Source: an uncultured Bacteroidaceae bacterium
GTDB taxonomy: Bacteria; Bacillota; Clostridia; Christensenellales; CAG-917
Assembly: GCA_964599875.1 (NCBI GenBank)
Contig: CAZRHE010000001.1
Span: forward strand, 59,411-123,410
Length of the DNA stretch: 64,000 bases
Direction of reading: 5' to 3'
Below the pieces are notes generated by a model. It did no database searches. It was not told the origin of the DNA and was given only the letters and a program-made list of their open reading frames with translations. Positions 35,020-40,256 of this stretch are shown piece after piece. Positions within the stretch are counted from its first letter, which is position 1, and every line of letters starts with the position of its first letter. The position numbers and the translations under genes are program-made.

Positions 35020-36378
35020 TTAATTTTCTTCGTACCAGCGTTTGATTTGTCCCCAATACACGTTGAGGTCGCGCTCGCTTTCGATAGAATCCAAAGCGTT
35101 TTTCATATCTTCCATGTAAAGCGACTTATAAGCCTTGTTTTCGTCAAGGGACAAGTATTCCGTCAGCGCAAGATAGTATTCCATGTTGAAAGTGTTGTAC
35201 AGTTTGGTGTCTATACTCCCCCTTTCAAAGTTCATTTTCATATTGTTTCTTTCTTGGAAAGACGCGTACAGATATTCGTTTGCGCCGTCCTCTTCGAAAT
35301 ACTTTTTGACGAGGTACATATTGCGGAAAACGTACGCCTTGAAGAGTGCAAGAATACCTATGCCGTCGTTGCTGTTTCCGTCCGAAACGCCCTTTGCTTC
35401 CAAAATTTCGATTTGAGCAATGGTTTTAAGTGCGTACTCTCTGCACTCGTTGACCCATTGATCTCTCTCCTCTTTTTTGACGAGCCCGTTTGCGTAGAGC
35501 ATGCACGCAAAAGCGAGTTGTTCGTAAATAAACACCTTTGCCCAACTTGCGAAAATTCCGCCGTCCCCCATTTTGTCGAGATCGGCGTCGCAAGACCTGT
35601 GCGTAAGGAAAATCCGCATAAAGTCGGCGTTTTTGATATAGTCGCGACCGGTTTCGGGGCTCACGGTTATACTCTGCGCCATATTGAGAAACGCTATGCT
35701 GATATTGACCGCAATTCCCAGTTCCTTCGAAAAACTCGTTTGGTGTTGTTTTTTGAACAAGGACAACTCTTCGCAAACTTCTTTTTCGTCCCCGAACATA
35801 TGCGCCGCCTGCATATAAAACAGCACGTATTGCGCAAGTTCGTAGTCCGAGCATTTCGAGCCGAATTGAGAATAATGCGCGGTTATTTTGTCGTGAATGA
35901 GATATCTGTTGTCTATCAAATTCATCTTGTTTTCGCCGATCGCCATTTTTTGTCTGCTCAAAAAGTACGCGACTATGCCCTTTGCAAAATCCTCTTTTTC
36001 CTGCCCGTCGATAGGCTCGACGAAAGCGTTGCTGAAATCGGACGGCAATTCGATGTGCTCGTCGCGGCGTTTGACGCAGTGCACCTTTTTGTTGCCGTAA
36101 CTCGCAAGCACGTATCCGAGTTCGAAGAAAGTATTATTGCTGATTGCGGAAATAACGTTGTTATTCTCCGCAATCCCGACTTTGTTTTGGAAAATGACTA
36201 TTGCCTGATTGCAACTTTTCATTTGTTCCACGACGGTGTCGAGAACGAACGGGCTATCTGAATTGTTGTCGTAATTTCCGCCGACGAAGCACACGTATCC
36301 CTCTTTCACCAAGTATTCTTTCACGAGAATCGCGACTTCGTTTCCGCCGCTCCAAGCGATAAAAACCTTATCTTTCAT
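35020..36378 (-). CDS. TIR-like (Cap12/PycTIR-type, PF10137-like) N-terminal domain fused to an unassigned ~300-aa helical C-terminal domain
   Basis: Start re-set to the ATG at 36378 (GGGAGGAATT RBS). KVFIAWSGGN...AIVIFQN...NNTFFELGYVLASYGNKKVHCVKRRDEHIELPSDF follows the family pattern KVFIVHG...AIVLLTPDD...NVxFELGY...xLPSD. The putative catalytic residue is Glu86 (codon 36121-36123). Confidence 0.7.
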   Translation of the reverse strand: MKDKVFIAWSGGNEVAILVKEYLVKEGYVCFVGGNYDNNSDSPFVLDTVVEQMKSCNQAIVIFQNKVGIAENNNVISAISNNTFFELGYVLASYGNKKVHCVKRRDEHIELPSDFSNAFVEPIDGQEKEDFAKGIVAYFLSRQKMAIGENKMNLIDNRYLIHDKITAHYSQFGSKCSDYELAQYVLFYMQAAHMFGDEKEVCEELSLFKKQHQTSFSKELGIAVNISIAFLNMAQSITVSPETGRDYIKNADFMRIFLTHRSCDADLDKMGDGGIFASWAKVFIYEQLAFACMLYANGLVKKEERDQWVNECREYALKTIAQIEILEAKGVSDGNSNDGIGILALFKAYVFRNMYLVKKYFEEDGANEYLYASFQERNNMKMNFERGSIDTKLYNTFNMEYYLALTEYLSLDENKAYKSLYMEDMKNALDSIESERDLNVYWGQIKRWYEEN

Positions 36379-36389
36379 AATTCCTCCCT

Positions 36390-37031
36390 TTATGCTTTGA
36401 ATCCGTTGATTTTTTCTTCCATTTTCTTTATGACTTTGACGATATGCACCCCGTCCGCAAGTGCGTGATGCGCCGAGATATCGAAAGCGATATCGTATCT
36501 GCCGTCGTGCTCTACGTACTTGCCCCAAAACACACGCGGAATACTGCATTGGTCGGGGTCGTCGTAATTATACGGATTGGACATAGTGACTATATCTATC
36601 CAAGGAAGACAGGACACGTAAATCTTGTCCACTCCGCCGTCGTTGTCGAATTTATCCTTTGGCGCGCCGTTTTTGATTTCGTCGATTGCGATTCTGACGT
36701 TTTTGCAAAACTCGTCGCAATCGTCCGTGATTTCGGTCAAACAAGTTTCGATGTTGTCGTCGTCGCGGATGACTATATAACTCGGATTTACCTTGTCGTA
36801 AAAAACGACTTTTCCGTCCAAAAGTCTATATCTGAATTCTTCCACCTCGTTCATACTCTTTGCCGCGACGTACAAAAAGGTTTCGAAAAAGGATTTATCG
36901 TTTTTCTTGCAATATTCGACCAAATTCGTCACGTCGATGCGGGTCGTCGTCGAAAAAATCGGATTGGTGTATCTGATAAAATTCTCGTATTGAGGTTTTC
37001 TTTTCCATGTGCTGATATCTATAACTTTCAT
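36390..37031 (-). CDS. Chloramphenicol-acetyltransferase-family (type-A CAT-like) acetyltransferase
   Basis: IDISTWKRK..., PRVFWGKY, and the catalytic HHALADG (compare HHAVCDG of CatA). 213 aa. ATGA-coupled to the HAD gene. Confidence 0.75.
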   Translation of the reverse strand: MKVIDISTWKRKPQYENFIRYTNPIFSTTTRIDVTNLVEYCKKNDKSFFETFLYVAAKSMNEVEEFRYRLLDGKVVFYDKVNPSYIVIRDDDNIETCLTEITDDCDEFCKNVRIAIDEIKNGAPKDKFDNDGGVDKIYVSCLPWIDIVTMSNPYNYDDPDQCSIPRVFWGKYVEHDGRYDIAFDISAHHALADGVHIVKVIKKMEEKINGFKA

Positions 37032-37690
37032 ACTTCCTCCAAAACTCGAAGTATTTCGCTCAATTTACAAATTATTTTCGCATTCTTTTTGCAAAACTCG
37101 TCGGGCGCAATCAAATCCACCGCCATAATCGGCAAAAATCCGCCCGCCGTCGCGCCTTGTATGCCGTTTATCGAATCCTCGACGACGCAACACTCGTCGG
37201 GACGCAAATTTAGTTTCTCTGCGGCAAGCAAGAATATATAAGGATCGGGTTTCGATTTCTCCCCCACTTCTTCGCCGAAAACTTCGGCGTCGAAAATCTC
37301 GTCTTCTTTCAAGTTTTTCACCCGAAACATTTTCTTCGCGCGCTCTCTTCGAGAAGACGTCGCAAGCGCGATTTTATATCCGTCCGCTTTGAGTGCGTTT
37401 ATGGTTTTTTCAAATCCGTCGTTTACGTTGAAATCTCCGTTTTCGACGGATTCCTTGACGAAAGTCAACATATCGTTTCTATACGTCGCGACGTCGAGGT
37501 CGGGGAATGCTTCGCGCAGGTCTTTTCTTATAAGGTCTTCGCTTTTTCCGCAAGTGCTTTGCCTATATTCTTCGGTAAGCCCCAAGCCGTATTTCTCGTT
37601 TGCGTACGTGAAAGCCTTTTGCCACAGCCGCTCCGTGTCAAAAATAACCCCGTCCATATCGAATATAATCGCACGAATTTTATCTTTCAT
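37028..37690 (-). CDS. HAD-superfamily subfamily-IA hydrolase (beta-phosphoglucomutase/phosphatase-like)
   Basis: Motif I IIFDMDGVIFDTE and a motif-III/IV region KPDPYIF...VVEDSINGIQGA. Confidence 0.8.
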   Translation of the reverse strand: MKDKIRAIIFDMDGVIFDTERLWQKAFTYANEKYGLGLTEEYRQSTCGKSEDLIRKDLREAFPDLDVATYRNDMLTFVKESVENGDFNVNDGFEKTINALKADGYKIALATSSRRERAKKMFRVKNLKEDEIFDAEVFGEEVGEKSKPDPYIFLLAAEKLNLRPDECCVVEDSINGIQGATAGGFLPIMAVDLIAPDEFCKKNAKIICKLSEILRVLEEV

Positions 37691-37752
37691 TTTCCCTGAC
37701 GCATTCTTTTATCGGTTATAATATAGTAATAACTATATATTGTTTATCCATA

Positions 37753-37788
37753 ACGTATTGTATCTTATAAACCGCCTTAATGCAAGAC
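37753..37788 (-). promoter_or_regulatory. Promoter copy B (drives the HAD / CAT-like / TIR-like operon); 36-nt repeat shared with 34979-35014
   Basis: Minus strand GTCTTGCATTAAGGCGGTTTATAAGATACAATACGT. -35 TTGCAT at 37785-37780, 17-nt spacer, -10 TACAAT at 37762-37757. 32/36 identical to copy A. Confidence 0.6.
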
Positions 37789-37915
37789 GTTTCTTTCGTT
37801 TTATGCCCGAAAATTATTATTTTTTCAAAGGAAATCGCCGCCTTATTCACTCGATAACGTTCGTTACTTGAAACAAAACGAGATATCGCGCGCCGCCGCA
37901 ATCGCACGCCGTGCA

Positions 37916-37958
37916 CGAAAAATGAAAACGAGGAGCAACCCGTAGGTCGCAACCTCGT
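37916..37958 (-). terminator. Rho-independent terminator after the DUF2130/acidic-protein operon
   Basis: Minus-strand ACGAGGTTGCGACC-TACG-GGTTGCTCCTCGT followed by TTTCATTTTTCG. Confidence 0.7.
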
Positions 37959-37997
37959 TCTCATTATACAAAGGAGCCGTATCGTCTATATTTTATC

Positions 37998-38330
37998 TTA
38001 GTCTTCCGCGCTGTCTGCGACTGCGGAAAAACTGATTTTTTCGTTGCCGTTTTCGTATTCCACTTTACCCTCGTTGTCTTCGGTCGGGAACAAATATTCT
38101 ACACTGACGTCGTCGCCGTCGTCTTCTTCCACTATTTCATCGTCTTCTTCGATATTGGACTCGAGATAAAAACTTGCGTGAAATCCTATCGTTTCCGCAT
38201 AAAAAGCGGCTTGGTCGAGAGTTATCGCCCCGTCAGAACACATTTTCAGCATCAATTTTGCTATTCTCGTTCTGCTTACGCCGTGGTCTTTGAGTTCTTT
38301 CAGCATTTTTTCCAATGATTCGTCCGTCAT
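37998..38330 (-). CDS. Small, strongly acidic protein (110 aa); function unknown
   Basis: Start re-set to the ATG at 38330, with GAGGAGG 5-6 nt upstream inside the end of the preceding gene and only 1 nt after its stop codon. It has a helical N-terminus and an Asp/Glu-rich C-terminal half (EEDDEIVEEDDGDD...). Confidence 0.55.
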   Translation of the reverse strand: MTDESLEKMLKELKDHGVSRTRIAKLMLKMCSDGAITLDQAAFYAETIGFHASFYLESNIEEDDEIVEEDDGDDVSVEYLFPTEDNEGKVEYENGNEKISFSAVADSAED

Positions 38331-38331
38331 A

Positions 38332-39591
38332 TTATTCCTCCTCGTCGTCGATATTTTCGACTGTTTTTTCAACTTGTCCGATGATTACGTCGTCTTCCTC
38401 GTCTTGCGCTTCTTGTGCAGAGGCAAACAATGCTTTCATGGTTCCGTTTCCGCGCGTGAGTTTTTTCACCGAGAGCGCGTCGAGTTTGTTTTCCGCCGCC
38501 CCCAAATGCTTTATCGTCTTGCGCAAATCTTCTTTCGTCTTTTCAAGATAATCGATGACTTTGTCGATTTTGTCGATTGCGTCCTCGAAACACTTATCCG
38601 CACTCACGACGCTTTTTGCGAATTTGTTTTTGATTTCGTCCACTTTACTCTGGAAATTCGTGACGTCGATTTCCTGCTGTCTGGCAAGTTCAAGGTCCTG
38701 TTTATACTTCAACGAATTCATCGCGGCGTTTCTCAAAAGCGAAATCACGGTGATGAAGAATTGCGGTCTTATGACGTACATTTTTTCATACTTGTACGAC
38801 ACGTCCACTATCCCGACGTTATATAGTTCGCTATCCGGCTCGAGCATGGACACGAGGATTGCGTATTCGCACTTCTTTTCCTTTCTGTCCTTGTCGAGTT
38901 CTGCGAAAAATTGTTCGTTTTTGTGCTTTTTGGAGCCCGAATCCGTTTCGTTTTTCATCTCGAACATTATGGACAAAATTTCAGTCTTTCCGTCCTCTGC
39001 GAATTCGCGATACACGTAATCCCCTTTACTTCCGCTTTTCGCATCGTTATCCTTGTCGAAATATGCGTTGGGGAATGCAAGCGCGCGGATTTCGTTGAAT
39101 TTGCTTTCGCAATGCTGTTCAAGGGATTCGCCCACCATTTTCGTAGACAATTTCGCCTTGTAGTCCTTGTAATAATCGATAGTTTCGTCTTTTGCGTCGA
39201 GGTCTTTTTTGTGCTGTGCGACGAGCATATCGATTTCGTTTTTGTGTTTCTCTTTGTCCGACTGCATAGCGGTTTTGAGTTCGAAAATCTTCTTATCCTT
39301 ATCCGCAATCGCTTTCTCGATTTGCAACGCCGTATTTTCGTCCTTTCCTTCGAGTTCCGCTTTTAGGCGTGCGATGACCTCGTCTTTTTCCGCGATGGCT
39401 TTATTCTTCTCCGCATCCGCTTTCATCAAGGCGATAGTTTCGTTTTTCTTCGCGGTTTCTTCCATTCTCTCTACTTCCTTTTCGAGTGCCGCGTTGAATT
39501 CTTTGTTTCTTACTTGTTCTACTAAACTTGCGTATTCGTTTTCGTCCACCGAAAACACGGTTCCGCATTTAGGGCATTTGATTTCTTCCAT
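38332..39591 (-). CDS. DUF2130-like protein: N-terminal zinc ribbon, long coiled coil, and a putative PD-(D/E)xK nuclease-fold core
   Basis: MEEIKCPKCGTVFSVDENEY is the typical DUF2130 opening. Next comes a ~150-aa Lys/Glu coiled coil, then GDYVYREF...ILSIMFEMKNE (possible D...ExK). Start re-set to the ATG at 39591. Confidence 0.65.
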   Translation of the reverse strand: MEEIKCPKCGTVFSVDENEYASLVEQVRNKEFNAALEKEVERMEETAKKNETIALMKADAEKNKAIAEKDEVIARLKAELEGKDENTALQIEKAIADKDKKIFELKTAMQSDKEKHKNEIDMLVAQHKKDLDAKDETIDYYKDYKAKLSTKMVGESLEQHCESKFNEIRALAFPNAYFDKDNDAKSGSKGDYVYREFAEDGKTEILSIMFEMKNETDSGSKKHKNEQFFAELDKDRKEKKCEYAILVSMLEPDSELYNVGIVDVSYKYEKMYVIRPQFFITVISLLRNAAMNSLKYKQDLELARQQEIDVTNFQSKVDEIKNKFAKSVVSADKCFEDAIDKIDKVIDYLEKTKEDLRKTIKHLGAAENKLDALSVKKLTRGNGTMKALFASAQEAQDEEDDVIIGQVEKTVENIDDEEE

Positions 39592-39747
39592 GATTTTTTC
39601 CTTTCCTTTTAGTTTTTGACCGGTCCGTTTTTTGTTTGCCACAAATAATACGGAAACGGAATCGAAATGTCAATAGGGGTTTCCGAAAATTTGCTCGTTT
39701 TTGCCGCTGTTTTTTGTTTACAAGTGCATTATAACAGCCTTGCGTTA

Positions 39748-39773
39748 CAAAAAAATACCCCTTCATAGGGGTA
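39748..39773 (-). terminator. Second rho-independent terminator downstream of hypA
   Basis: Minus-strand TACCCCT-ATGA-AGGGGTA followed by TTTTTTTG. Confidence 0.6.
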
Positions 39774-39865
39774 AAACGCACTTTTTTTTGAAAAAGTTTT
39801 TCTTTCGCAAATTTTCCAAAAAAATTTTTTTCTACGTCGAATTTTCGGGCGAAAAAACGCGCTCT

Positions 39866-39899
39866 TATAAAAATAGCGGCGCACTTTTTCGTGCGCCGC
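39866..39899 (-). terminator. Rho-independent terminator directly after hypA
   Basis: Minus-strand GCGGCGCAC-GAAAAA-GTGCGCCGC followed by TATTTTTATAAG. Confidence 0.75.
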
Positions 39900-39905
39900 C
39901 TCAAT

Positions 39906-40250
39906 TCATTCTACGAGGATTTCTTTGATTTTGACCTCGTTTCCGCGAAGAAGATAGGTCTTTTCGCTCTTGCAATAAGGACATATCTTGCCGTGCTCGA
40001 CGGTGGGATACTCTCCCCCGCAATCCTCGCAATAAGTCACCGCGGGGATCGTTTGGATTTCGAGTTCGCATCCTTTGAGCACGTCCGTGCGGTTTGCGTT
40101 CCAGTTCCAGCAATCGACGAGTTGGTCGTTGACGACGGTGGAAACCTCTCCTATCCTCATGACGACTTTTGCGATTTTGGACACGTCGTTTTGTTTTGCG
40201 ACGTCTTTTACTATATCCGCAATGTGGAACACCACTCCTAATTCGTGCAT
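39906..40250 (-). CDS. hypA: Hydrogenase/urease-type nickel incorporation protein HypA
   Basis: MHE N-terminal Ni-binding motif and two CxxC pairs (CEDCG, CPYCK). 114 aa. Confidence 0.85.
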   Translation of the reverse strand: MHELGVVFHIADIVKDVAKQNDVSKIAKVVMRIGEVSTVVNDQLVDCWNWNANRTDVLKGCELEIQTIPAVTYCEDCGGEYPTVEHGKICPYCKSEKTYLLRGNEVKIKEILVE

Positions 40251-40256
40251 ATGCTC

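Noticed and set aside
30852-36261. Plus-strand ORFs of 413, 219, 179, 152 and 441 aa, among others
   Set aside because: They are antisense to the SBP, lacI, MsmX-like and TIR-like genes. Long stop-free antisense frames are pervasive in this window and appear to be a codon-usage by-product rather than genes.
36379-36549. N-terminal 57-aa extension of the TIR-like ORF in the track. Similar extensions occur at 6772-6870, 22904-23128, 32154-32423, 34806-34838, 52755-52856, 57793-57843 and 63725-63751.
   Set aside because: The extensions are Arg-rich and overlap the upstream gene or intergenic signals. In each case an internal ATG has a proper GGAGG-type RBS or an ATGA coupling.
36390-37031. Calling the CAT-like gene a chloramphenicol-resistance determinant
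   Set aside because: Family membership and the HHxxxDG motif are clear. However, many CatA-like proteins in Clostridia do not confer resistance, and substrate specificity cannot be read from the sequence.
37716-37964. 82-aa minus-strand ORF between the HAD gene and the acidic-protein gene
   Set aside because: It spans a terminator hairpin and promoter copy B. It has no RBS and its composition is not protein-like.
39569-39928. 111-aa minus-strand and 75-aa plus-strand ORFs upstream of the DUF2130 gene
   Set aside because: They lie in T/A-run-rich intergenic DNA that contains the two hypA terminators. The translations are K/F-rich low complexity.
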